From positions 9,906,442 through 9,970,441 of the forward strand of contig NC_069001.1 of NCBI RefSeq assembly GCF_001194135.2: a stretch of DNA of 64,000 nucleotides. Reading direction: 5' to 3'. This DNA is from Octopus bimaculoides (taxonomy: Eukaryota). Made by a program: the position numbers and the translations under genes. Each line of letters opens with the position of its first letter. Position 1 is the first letter of the stretch. The notes beneath the pieces are model-generated. The model had not been told where the DNA came from. It saw only the letters and a list, made by a program, of their open reading frames with translations, and searched no databases. Positions 1-11,531 of the stretch are shown here, piece by piece.

Positions 1-385
1 ATATATATATATATATATAGGTATGTGTGTATATACGTATATATGTATATGTATGTATATATGTGTATATGTATGTATATGTATGTATATATGTGTATAT
101 GTATGTATATATGTGTATATGTGTGTATATATGTATCTATGTATGTATATATATCTATGTATGTATATATATATCTATGTATGTATATATATATCTATGT
201 ATGTATATATATATATGTATATGTGTATACATGTGTGTATATATACATGTGTATATCTCTATATATATAAATATACATATCTATATGCATGTATATATAT
301 ATAAGTATATATGTAGATATATATACACACACAGACATAGAAACAGAGGCACACACACATATGCACACACATATATGTACATATA
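1..385. repeat. Compound (TA)n/(TATG)n/(CA)n microsatellite
   Basis: Sequence is almost entirely TA, TATG, TGTA and CA units; ORFs here are YI/MYV artefacts. Confidence 0.95.
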
Positions 386-798
386 TAACTGGTTGATATA
401 CCGCTGCAAGAGAAAGCGTGGAAGAGAGGCAGGGAGTATGTATCTGATGGCTAGAGTGGTTAAGGAGAATGTTGCTTATTTCTCTGCGTTGGTAGATGAT
501 ATCTCAGAATAGGCGTGTAGATCTATATCCAGGACGTATTAGCATTTTACGGACTGAATCATTTTTATAGACTTGACTCTAGCTATTGAGAATTAGTCCT
601 GTAAAGAAGCGATGTTATTCTAGACAGTAAGTCAGTGAACCCTCTTATTTGATCAGTTGTTTAGATATAATATATAGATTCTCTTTAATATCTTCTTGGT
701 TGATGGGTGTGCGGGTGGATTTCTGTTTGGCAGGATTTTTATTCGACGAAACTGACCAGAGATATTGTAATAATATTAATATTTATAATAAGAATGAT

Positions 799-816
799 AA
801 CAACAACAACAACAAT

Positions 817-865
<49 letters not shown>
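799..865. repeat. (AAC)n(AAT)n microsatellite directly 5' of an R4/Dong relic
   Basis: Perfect AAC run followed by about 15 AAT units. Confidence 0.95.
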
Positions 866-867
<2 letters not shown>

Positions 868-2330
868 CAATCGAAAGACTGCCATCTGAACGCGCAAGAA
901 TGAAGAAATGAATTTTAATGAACTTGATAAAGATAACAAGGAAAATGGTAAAGAAACACTATTTGGAACCTACACATTTGCTGAAGAACATAGAGAACCT
1001 TTGATAGAACTGAAGCAGAGAATCCTGAATAAGCTTGCATTTGTAAGGCACGCCAATATGTATGATAGAGAACCACTTCATAAGCTTTCACATACAATCC
1101 AAAATAGAAAACAAATTAAAATTGGAAATTATGTAACAAAGGAAATTATACAAGAACTAAAACGAGATCTCACTGAAATAAATGAAATTATTTACGTTAG
1201 CTTCTAAGACAATTGAAACCAGTTGTATGCCTCTAAAACGACAAAGAAATACAAACCAGAGAAGAATTCACAACTGGAAAACTTAAATTGCAAAAGAGCT
1301 TGAAATAATGAGAGGTGAAATATCAATATTGAATGAACTAATCTGTGGAAACGATGCAAAAACTAGAAAAGGGAGAAAGATGAGGAGAAAACATAGATTC
1401 TCACCAAGAGAAGAACTGCTTACAGCAAGAGACAAACTGCAACAAAAAGTCCAATTAAATGCTCAAAGAATACGAAGATTTGAGAAAAGAAACAAATTTT
1501 ACAAGCAAAATAAGCTGTTCACATCCAATGCGAAAATATTCTATAAAGAAATAGGGAAGGAGAAAACAACCGTTGAAGACCCCACTGCCATGTAGGCGAT
1601 GAAAAGAATTACAATGGAAATGCAGATAGGATTAGACGCACAGAAGGATCCTATCAAAACTTACCAGAATAAGAATGGAGGACATCACAATAGCAAACCT
1701 AAGAATGACACCCACGAAGGCTCATATGTGGAAGTCCCCTGGTAATGATAGAGAGCGAAATTTCTGGCTCGCCTCACTCCCGTGCGCAGAGCAAAAGTTA
1801 GTCCAGTTGTTCAATGAAATTATGAGTGATCCTTCGAAAACACCTGATTGGTTAGCAACGGGTATTACTTATCTACCCCCGAGAATAAATGAAACCAAAT
1901 TTACTCTCTACAAACAGATTATGGGGTTATGGTTTTCGGTTCGCAATCACGTGAACCCGGGTTCCGTAATACTGCGCAGAGATTTCAGATATGACATTTT
2001 CTGTAGCCTAAATCCACAACATGTCACGGACTTTTCGTAAACAAAATCCGTGAAGATGTCCCTCTTAAGCATTCATAAATACATACAAAACACAAATAGT
2101 AACAATACAAAGAAAAATCTGGTGGATGCACAATAGCGCTGACAATATCGTATGTCATTAGGAGTATAACTCATTCACTGTTACAGAAGAGACCTCCAGC
2201 TTTATCTAAAACTGGCAAAAAAAAGAACATCGATAAACTGATGTGAGATTACAACTCTTATAGCCATCCCTTATGCCATCATTTGTACTTAATTTTTGGT
2301 GCATTAGGAAATGTAACAAGAGAATCGCAT
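866..2330 (+). mobile_element. Degraded R4/Dong-clade (RLE-type) non-LTR retrotransposon, several frameshifted pieces
   Basis: ORFs 908-1207 (REPLHKL...LTEINEIIY), 1308-1595 (KLQQKVQLNAQRIRRFEKRNKFYKQNKLFTSNAKIFYKEIG) and 1675-1900 (WKSPGNDRERNFWL...LVQLFNEIMSDPSKTPDWLATGITYLPP) resemble the pre-RT and RT domain 0/1 region of R4/Dong proteins; LIFGALGNVT near 2290-2320 resembles the C-terminal RLE segment. Recognised from family motifs, not by search. Confidence 0.8.
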
Positions 2331-2635
2331 AAACGCAAGAACAAATCTTCCAAATACAGTTGTATTTATGGCAGAGTAAAGATCGGTAAACCATATACAG
2401 GATTCCCTATTTGAGGATCCTAGAATGAACAATGTGCATAATAACACGTGTACAGTATATGGCATACATGTGAACACATATACATGTGCAGAAAGTAATG
2501 AAACACCATCGTACAGTGATATGGTATATACACATTATACGTGATGGCGATTTCATCTACCTGAGCATGTATTTATACTGCACGTGATATCTCATTCGCA
2601 TACTCAAAAATCTCAAAATGTTCTTTTCACTCAAG

Positions 2636-2866
2636 CGAACAAAACCTTGAGATCATCAATGACAAGTTTGAATTTTACGCATGCGTGGTATATCTTTCTT
2701 CTTACAAGTTTAACGTTCATTTCGTCAGCTTCATTCTCCTGTTGCAAAGTTACAGAAGAATGTGACAGCACTGCAAAGATAAATAGTTTTGATCTATTGG
2801 AAAAAACTTTACCCATCCAATCTCTGGCAGTTTATTATTGTCAAGAATATCTCGACCATCTGCAGG
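2636..2866 (+). CDS. Candidate coding exon with a signal-peptide-like N-terminus (MTSLNFTHAWYIFLLTSLTFISSA-SFSCCKVTEECDS...YYCQEYLDHLQG)
   Basis: Open frame 2584-2877 in non-repetitive DNA; acceptor ttcttttcactcaag| ends at 2635; donor G|gtatga at 2866/2867; ATG at 2659 followed by a hydrophobic core and 4 Cys. No homologue recognised; overlapping minus-strand ORFs also exist. Confidence 0.3.
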
Positions 2867-3420
2867 GTATGAATTAAATACAGATATTTTATGGATCTCT
2901 GTATCTAAACATAAGTATATTTGATTCATGTATGTAGCTGGAGAAACCGCAGATAACAATGTTTGAATGCATCCCGATTGATGTAAGATAAACTAAGATC
3001 TCATAAGGAAGATCTCAGATTATCTTTGTCATATCTATGGCTTGAAATGGTAAAAGTTTCGCTTTGGAGATCATTTGAGCAACTCATATATATAAATGTA
3101 GTTACGTATACATACATACATGCATACATACATATGTACGTACGTACATACATACATAGGTACATGTGCGCGCATGCGCATGTGTAGGATAGAATAACAA
3201 CTGAAATCTGACGAGGATGATATCTTAAACAATAAAATGTTAGTCTTTGATATTTGAAAGTTGAATGTTTGCGTGAATGATCAGGAGAAACAGACCGCCT
3301 ATTTCCCTTCTAAACAAAACACACACACACACATACATACACACATCCATCGCGCGCGTGATTTTGCGCTTTAAACTTACGTAAATATCTAGATGTATAT
3401 ACACACACACACACACATGT

Positions 3421-3445
3421 CCACGTTTTTTTGTGACACCCTGTA
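3421..3445 (-). mobile_element. Isolated Tc1/mariner-like terminal inverted repeat remnant
   Basis: Reverse complement reads TA|CAGGGTGTCACAAAAAAACGTGG, a typical Tc1/mariner-superfamily TIR start with TA; no partner TIR found. Confidence 0.3.
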
Positions 3446-3523
3446 CCCAGATATGCATCTATATATACATGTAGATGTAGGTATGTACATACATGTACGT
3501 ATATATGCATATACTCACATATT

Positions 3524-3558
<35 letters not shown>

Positions 3559-5124
3559 GTGTATGTTTGTATGTGTGTGTCTCTTTGTGTTAATTGCGTC
3601 ATCTTCACTTATGATTGTTGTTCTTCCTCGTTGCCAAAGGCTTTTCTTGACCATCCGTCCATTACTTCTCAAACGAATATTCAGTCCCTCTTATTTGTAA
3701 GTATGCGCTTTGTGTTACGATCTAACAGTGGTTAATTCAGTATAGTCTTCACTCTTTCATCAGCTGTAGGACTTAAGTAAAATGACAAATAATACACTTA
3801 ACTTGTATACATATATTTATGTAATTATACACACACACATACACACACACATATGCATATAGTTATGAATATAAAATTAAATATATGTATGTATGAGTAT
3901 GTTGTTTGTGTGTGTATATACATATATGTATGTGTGCAACGAAATATTATGATCACCAAACGTAAAATTGCTATAAGCTGTTATTAATTACGATTCACCT
4001 AAATCACACATGTTTATAGATTGTAAATGAAAACCTACTAAATTTGCTATGTCTAATCTTAAGATGAATTATATTTGCTAAAACACGTGCACATTCATAC
4101 ATCTGACAGCTATTTACAACAAAATAAAAAAAAATCCGTCGTACATGCAGCTACATAAAATAATGCTTTGGATTGAACACAGTTCCATCTTCGTATATTA
4201 TAAAACGTGGCGTTTATATTTATTGAAACAACTTAACACATAATTTTCCCTCTATTATTTTATTTTATTATGATTTGTATAGTTATCGTATTTTTGGTTT
4301 TTAATGAATGTTTTTTCTTTTCTAAACATTGTTGTTGTTTTTGATTTTTATGCATATTTAATGTTTGTTCTGCATTGTATTTGTTTTCGTTTTTTGTTTT
4401 TTAACACAAGACAAGACATTATTGGGAAACTTACTTCAGCTCGTAAAACAGCATTATTTGAGACTTAGACGTCGGTCGGTCACGTCTTAAATTATTGAAA
4501 CACGTATTGTGAGACAGTTAAAGTGGAGGGGATGAGAGAGGAGAGCGGTTGACTATGAAGATGGAAGGGAGAGAAAAGAAGTGAAAGGTGAGAGACGGTG
4601 CTTGGGAGAGATCGTACAGAGGAGAGAGAAAGACTATAGAGAAAAAGACAAAGAGAAAGATAGTAGGAAAAATGTAAAGGCAAATACAGTTGGATATGAG
4701 AGCGAATGAGAAAGAAATAGTCAAAAGAAATTTGTGCGAGAGTAAGAACGAGACGAAGAGAAATAAACTATTTCGACTGCTTTTGCTAGCAGATCTCACA
4801 TCTCTGCTTAAGTCATTCGTCATTTGACTCGAAGCAAACATTGGTGTTACCGTTTAGTTACAGTACAAAGGCGATTTCTGACACGTATTTTGGTGGTTAC
4901 TGAGAAAAGATGGTAATGGAAGTGAAATGCCTGCCAACATACGGGGGAATTGCTATAACTATTATTTCTTTTTATCACAGTTTTTTTTTGTTGGAACTCC
5001 TGGAGTCATGCATGCATAGCAGGCTTGCTCCCAGAAACCTACAGTACCATGCTATCACTTCTTTCCCACTATCTAATATTTTATATTATTATTATTATTA
5101 TTGTTGTTGTTGTTGTTGTATGGG

Positions 5125-5541
5125 ATATTGTATGGGGTTGAGACATGGAGAACAACAGTTAAGTCAAATAAGAAAATACAATCATTCATCAACAGGCGCC
5201 TGCGTAGTATACTTAAAATCAGATGGCCCGAACACATAAGCAATATGGAGCTATGGCAAAGAGCGAATCAAGTTCCGATTAGAGAGCAAATATTTAAGAA
5301 AAAGTGGAAGTGGATTGGTAGCACAATTAGAAAGGACACACCAAATGCAGCGAAAAGTGCTTTACAGTGGAATCCGGATGGATATAGAAAGAGGGGTAGG
5401 CCTAAGAACTCCTGGCGTAGATCAACACAAAAAGAACTAGAGAAAGGGGGACATGCATGGCAGAGTATAAGTACAGAAGCGAGAAATTATGCGACATGGA
5501 ATTCAATTATAAGTGGCCTATACTCCGCGTTGGAGGGTTAA
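5125..5541 (+). mobile_element. RTE-clade LINE, 5'-truncated 3' end of the RT ORF
   Basis: Open frame LYGVETWRTT...IQSFINRRLRSILKIRWPEHISNMELWQR...KWKWIG...ALQWNPDGYRKRGRPKNSWRR...W ending in TAA at 5539-5541; the classic RTE C-terminus. Preceded by (TAT)n(TGT)n and followed by a gap. Confidence 0.92.
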
Positions 5542-5739
5542 NNNNNNNNNNNNNNNNNNNNNNNNNNNNNNNNNNNNNNNNNNNNNNNNNNNNNNNNNNN
5601 NNNNNNNNNNNNNNNNNNNNNNNNNNNNNNNNNNNNNNNNNNNNNNNNNNNNNNNNNNNNNNNNNNNNNNNNNNNNNNNNNNNNNNNNNNNNNNNNNCGT
5701 TACTATGGCAACACTTCGGATATTTATTGATCAGACCTC

Positions 5740-5769
<30 letters not shown>

Positions 5770-5780
<11 letters not shown>

Positions 5781-5935
5781 AGGGGGCTTCTTTCGGTTTC
5801 CTTCTCACTAACCTACTCACAAGGCTCTGGTCGGTCAGAGGTTATAACAGAAAACAGTCAAATGCGTCACACAGTGGTACTGAACCCAGAGGCATATGGT
5901 TAGAAAACAAGCTTCTTAACACACACCCAAGCTGT
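5770..5935 (-). mobile_element. SINE family C (tRNA head plus CORE-like block), 5' half, diverged
   Basis: Reverse complement matches the head/core of the copies at 7580, 45925 and 60266. Confidence 0.75.
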
Positions 5936-6018
5936 GTGCGTATGTGTGTATGTTTGTATGCATGTATGCATACATACACACATACACGTACACAGATATC
6001 TATATATATTTTATAAAG

Positions 6019-6055
<37 letters not shown>

Positions 6056-6843
6056 TAAAACATGCATACGTACATACACCCATACATACATGCATTCATA
6101 CATACGTATATATTTATGTATGCACACAGATACATACACATAACTGTCTGTGCGCACACAAATATACATACATAGCTATAGCTATATATCACATGACCCC
6201 CATCAAATAACATTTAATTGTTATATACGTTATTGATGAATATATCATATTTACATGGCATACATATAAAATATATTAAATATATTAGGTGTGAATTGAA
6301 CGAATTTTCTCGCTTTTGTTTCTCTTATAATTTACCCATTTCGCGTTCAATTTAGCTCAGATATAATGCATTTTCCATTACACACTACCAATTAAACATC
6401 GTTATTTGTCAATTAAACTTCTTTATTTCTATATTTATATATCATGTTTTTTTTTTTTGTTTTATGATACACCTTACTTTCATGTGAGATTATATGTGGT
6501 ACACTATTAAATTTATGGTATTTTTGTTTTGTTTTATAAGTAAATACTTTACGAAGGCAATAAATTACACCTACGTACATCAATATTGTGAATGCAGGAT
6601 GGTTCGTTAATATGGGCGATAATAGATCATTCTCCTGATTGGTTTGTGATTTGAAATACGTTGCTAAGGAAGTTTATATTTTAGTGTATGTATGTATAAC
6701 TAAGCACGTGTGTGTGCGCATATATATTCATACATGAATATGTTTATATATATATACATCTAGGTATGTATATACGTATAGCTATGTATTATATGTATGC
6801 ATATATATATATATATATGTATATCTATGGGTACATATATGAA

Positions 6844-7228
6844 GTGGAGGCGCAATGGTTAGGGCAGCGGACTCGCGATCATAGGATCGCGGTTTCGATT
6901 TCCAACCGGGCGTTGTGAGTGTTTATTGAGCGAAAACACCTAAAGCTCCACGAGGCTCCGGCAGGGGATGGTGGCGAACCCTGCTGTACTCTTTCACCAC
7001 AACTTTCTCTCACTCTTACTTCCTGTTTTTGTTGTGCCTGTAATTCAAAGGGTCAGCCTTGTCACACTGTGTCACGGTGAATATCCCCGAGAATTACGTT
7101 AAGGGTACACGTGTCTGTGGAGTGCTCAGCCACTTGCACATTAATTTCACGAGCAGGCTGTTCCGTTGAAAGGATCAACTGGAACCCTCGACGTCGTAAG
7201 CGACGGAGTGCCAACAACAACAACAACA
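6844..7228 (+). mobile_element. SINE family B (tRNA-derived), full length, (CAA)n tail
   Basis: gtggaggcgcaatgg...ggtttcgatttcc head with A/B-box-like motifs; colinear over about 380 bp with the copy at 28053-28436. Confidence 0.92.
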
Positions 7229-7368
7229 TATGAGTGTGTGTATATCTATCTATCTATCTATCTGTCTATATGGGTATGTATCATATATATAAGTATATGT
7301 CTGTATTATATATGGCTACAGGCAAATAACTGAAACAAATAAACGAATAAATATTATACATATATAGG

Positions 7369-7563
7369 AAGGCGGCGGGCAGGCAGAAATGCTTAGTGGT
7401 ATTTCGACTGCTGCTACGTACCGAGTTCAAACTCCACCGAGATCGACTTTACCTTTCATCCTTTCGGGGTTGATAAATTGAGTACCAGTTACGCACTGGG
7501 TCGCTCTTATCGACTGGCCCCCTCCCCCAAACGTCGGGCCTTGTGCCTAGAGTACAAAAGATT
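7369..7563 (+). mobile_element. SINE family A monomer, tail type ii
   Basis: aaggcggcg...gagttcaaactccaccgagatcgactttacctttcatcctttcgggg...gggccttgtgcctagagtacaaaaga; matches more than 20 other copies in the window. Confidence 0.92.
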
Positions 7564-7579
7564 ATATATATATAAATAT

Positions 7580-7752
7580 AGGCGCAGGATTGGCTGAGTA
7601 GTAAGAATCTTACTTCCTAATCACATGGTTCCACGTTCAGTCTCGCTGCGTGGCACCTCGGGTGAGTGAGTTTTGCTATAGCCTCGGGCTAACCAAGGCC
7701 CTATGTGTGGATCTGGATCTGATAGGCGTAAACTAAAAGAAGCACGTAGTAT
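7580..7752 (+). mobile_element. SINE family C, 5' half, running into its internal microsatellite and a gap
   Basis: aggcgcaggattggctgagtagtaag...ggttccacgttcagtctcgctgcgtggcacctcggg...atagcctcgggc. Confidence 0.85.
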
Positions 7753-8443
7753 ATANNNNNNNNNNNNNNNNNNNNNNNNNNNNNNNNNNNNNNNNNNNNN
7801 NNNNNNNNNNNNNNNNNNNNNNNNNNNNNNNNNNNNNNNNNNNNNNNNNNNNNNNNNNNNNNNNNNNNNNNNNNNNNNNNNNNNNNNNNNNNNNNNNNNN
7901 NNNNNNNNNNNNNNNNNNNNNNNNNNNNNNNNNNNNNNNNNNNNNNNNNNNNNNNNNNNNNNNNNNNNNNNNNNNNNNNNNNNNNNNNNNNNNNNNNNNN
8001 NNNNNNNNNNNNNNNNNNNNNNNNNNNNNNNNNNNNNNNNNNNNNNNNNNNNNNNNNNNNNNNNNNNNNNNNNNNNNNNNNNNNNNNNNNNNNNNNNNNN
8101 NNNNNNNNNNNNNNNNNNNNNNNNNNNNNNNNNNNNNNNNNNNNNNNNNNNNNNNNNNNNNNNNNNNNNNNNNNNNNNNNNNNNNNNNNNNNNNNNNNNN
8201 NNNNNNNNNNNNNNNNNNNNNNNNNNNNNNNNNNNNNNNNNNNNNNNNNNNNNNNNNNNNNNNNNNNNNNNNNNNNNNNNNNNNNNNNNNNNNNNNNNNN
8301 NNNNNNNNNNNNNNNNNNNNNNNNNNNNNNNNNNNNNNNNNNNNNNNNNNNNNNNNNNNNNNNNNNNNNNNNNNNNNNNNNNNNNNNNNNNNNNNNNNNN
8401 NNNNNNNNNNNNNNNNNNNNNNNNNNNNNNNNNNNNNNNNNNG

Positions 8444-9136
8444 AGAGAGGTTGGACAAAATAATGGAAGCACCTTAAAATCTCAAACAATTTTTTTTTTT
8501 AACAGCAGGTAGGACCGCTTTTGGCAGTAATTACAGCTTGAAAACTAGAAAGTATGGACTCGTTCAAAGTTTGGATTGTTTTCAAAGGAATTTTTGTCCG
8601 TTGTTTGACTAAAACAGTATCCAATTCTTGTAGTGATGATGGTGGAGGATTTCGACTCCTTACCTGTTTTTCCAAAATGCACCATAAATGTTCAATAATA
8701 TTGAAATCTGGAGACTGGCGGCCAGAATGTTCCTCATGTAACAACTTTAGCTGTGTGAATTGGTGCATTATCATCCTGAACGATTGCGTTAATCCCCGGA
8801 AGCAGTTCCACTATTATAGGATGAATTTGCTCTGATAAAATGCTTAAATAGGCTTGACTATTACTTCTGCCATGACGGAAACCATTAAGCTGGCGGATTT
8901 CCAAGATATAGCCTTCCAGATCATCACAGATCCTCCTCCATGTGTAACAGTTGAAAGAATGCAATGTGGGCCAAATGCATCTTTTGGCTGTCTCCATACG
9001 TATACTCGACCGGTCGTCGGAAATAAGGTATTAATCAAGATTTATAACAAATCAAAAACCATAAAACGGTTTTATAAATATTTCAATATTATTATGCTAT
9101 AATGCTAGGTGTTTCCATTATTTTGTCCAACCCCTA
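8444..9136 (-). mobile_element. Internally deleted Tc1 (DD34E-type) element with both TIRs
   Basis: TIRs ggttggacaaaataatggaagcacct (~8449-8474) and aggtgtttccattattttgtccaacccc (9107-9134) followed by TA. Minus-strand peptides TLFPTTGRVYVWR..HGGGSVMIW, QDDNAPIHTAKVV, QSPDFNIIEHLW..AVITAKSGPT. N-terminal HTH region and first catalytic D are absent. Confidence 0.92.
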
Positions 9137-10707
9137 TATATANNNNNNNNNNNNNNNNNNNNNNNNNNNNNNNNNNNNNNNNNNNNNNNNNNNNNNNNNN
9201 NNNNNNNNNNNNNNNNNNNNNNNNNNNNNNNNNNNNNNNNNNNNNNNNNNNNNTATAGATAGATAGATAGATAGATAGATGAATAGAGATATAGACAGAT
9301 AGATGAATAGATATGCATGTGTACCTATACGCACAGAAACACGCACAGACGCAGACGTATGTTTTTTATTGTAGTCATTTTCATCTATAGTTGTAGTTAG
9401 TAACGTGTATCTGTTTACTGGGGAGATTTGGACAAAAATGTGTCATTGCCTTTATTCACTAAAGCACTAACTTCTTCCTCATGATGGTTGTACACATATA
9501 TTTAACTGCCATCATTATCAAACATCGCCCACAATAAACAATATACATTCATTGACTTCTGACGTTGTCAAATACCCTTTTATAGTTTTCGAAATATTTA
9601 CACGTATTAGCTTTTAATGATATTTTGTTTAAAACACTTTAAATATATTATGTTAATATTCTTCATTTTCCTATAGATCGAACTATATTATCAATGATAA
9701 TAATACGTTGATGATATCTAATATCTATGCAACAACACTTAGTAGTTTGTTTGAAGATCTAATATCTGTTTTATTGTGTCATGGGGCGATGATAATTCCC
9801 CACAGATATCTATAGATATATCATATTTCGTCGCCACCTTCTCACCACGATATTAAGTGTTGTTATCTTTGACTATTATCTCTCAACGTATAAAGGCAAA
9901 AATCTATAGAAATGCGAATATTCCATAGTAGCATCGTATAAATATAACTTTATTCTCATTAAATTTCGCCTGGAAATGAATGCCGTTATCTCTCTCTATA
10001 AACGTTGAGTTGTTATATGTGTCTCGTGAAGGTCAGCAAGATGATCACCCTGCAGGTCAGCTACGTGTTTTGATATGAAACCATCAACCTAAAGTTCCCC
10101 GTTCCAAACATTGTTAGCAGCGATATAACAGTGTAGTGTGTGTTGTTCCGATTAACGCAGAGTCATTAACGTAATGTAAGAGGTCAACAGATCAAATCAT
10201 TGAAGAAGAAAGCAATTAAGAAGAATTGTCCGTGCGTTAGAAGTGAAATGGCTACAGGGCATGGCTTGATAAAAGTATCCTTTTGTTAGAACGGAGCAGT
10301 CGAAAGCTCTGATTTGCTGAACCGCTAAAATACACAGAAGTTTACTTGCCGACAATAAAGTCATCGCTTCTTTTCTCCCGCATTCATGCCTAAAGCATCA
10401 TTGAACACACGTCGTAACATCTATACGATACATGTTTCATGTTCCTAATCTCTGTTAAACTCTTCTGTACAGTTTTAGACGGCTTACATGCAGCTTACAA
10501 GTTAAAACGATTTCACTTTGGCCAAATTTTATCACTGAGATATTTTTACATTATCGAATCATTTTAACAAGTATCACGAGTTCAAATCCATGTCTTATGA
10601 TCGCTATACTTGTATTGATGCATTCGTTTACTAGAATCCTCTACCTCTTTCTGTCTCCTATACTCTCCCTCTCTATTTATACACATATGCGTCTATCTGC
10701 GTGTATG

Positions 10708-10779
<72 letters not shown>

Positions 10780-10806
10780 TGTACATATATATACATATAC
10801 AGACGC

Positions 10807-10847
<41 letters not shown>

Positions 10848-10857
10848 NNNNNNNNNN

Positions 10858-10915
<58 letters not shown>

Positions 10916-10985
10916 ATATATGCATGCATACTAACATACACACACGCACCCGCACGCACACACCTGAACATATGAACGCTTGCAA

Positions 10986-11161
10986 AGACTTGGAGATTAG
11001 AGCGACTCCAGAACGCAACTGGTACTGAATTTATCGACCCCGAAAAGATGAAAGGCAAAATTGACTTCGGCGGAATTTGAACTCAGAACATGTAGACAGA
11101 CGAAGTACCGCTAAGCATTTCACCCGGCGTGCTAACGATTCGGCCAGCAGCTCGCCGCCTT
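10986..11161 (-). mobile_element. SINE family A, head plus core
   Basis: ctggtactgaatttatcgaccccgaaaagatgaaaggc...gctcgccgcctt is the reverse complement of the family A head/core. Confidence 0.9.
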
Positions 11162-11290
11162 CGAACGAGAGAGAAACCGATGTAGACAGCAGGACAATGA
11201 ACGATGATGATATAAATGATTATGTTAACGAAAGACAGACAGACTGATAGAAAGTCAGACAGGGAGATCTAGAAAATAGATAGGTAAATA

Positions 11291-11531
11291 GGTAATCTTC
11301 AAGTTTAGGGGGATAAAAAAATAAATAAAAATATTCAAGGGAAGTAACTGAACGTCTTACCAGTAGTCTCCGTACATCTGTTAATAAATAAATCACACAC
11401 CTGATTTGATTGACGTTAGGGTTAGGGTGTGATTTATTTATAAACAGCTAGAAGAAAACGGATAATACTGGTAAGTCGTTCAGTTATTTCCCTTGAATAT
11501 TTTTTTTATCCCCCTAAACTTGAAGATTGCC
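11291..11531. mobile_element. 241-bp fold-back MITE with 8-bp TSD GGTAAATA (Merlin-like termini)
   Basis: Arms ~11291-11399 and ~11427-11531 are reverse complements with few mismatches and two indels; identical GGTAAATA at 11283-11290 and 11532-11539; termini GGT... and ...GCC. Confidence 0.88.

Noticed and set aside
23-512. Long YI/MYV/HT-rich ORFs here and at 3393, 5934, 10597, 16753, 43717, 49642, 51002 and 57425
   Set aside because: Translations of (TA)n, (TG)n and (CA)n microsatellites in several frames on both strands; no coding signal.
2631-2959. Minus-strand ORFs/exons (DGRDILDNNKLPEIGW; VLSHSSVTLQQENEADEMNVKL)
   Set aside because: They would need a ~42-nt intron and show no recognisable motif; kept only as an alternative to the plus-strand candidate.
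6844-6915. tRNA genes at SINE heads (also 28053 and 7580)
   Set aside because: The A/B-box heads continue into multi-copy SINE bodies and lack a complete cloverleaf with a terminator.
11413-11430. Telomere remnant TTAGGGTTAGGG
   Set aside because: Only two units, inside a MITE; not an interstitial telomeric array.
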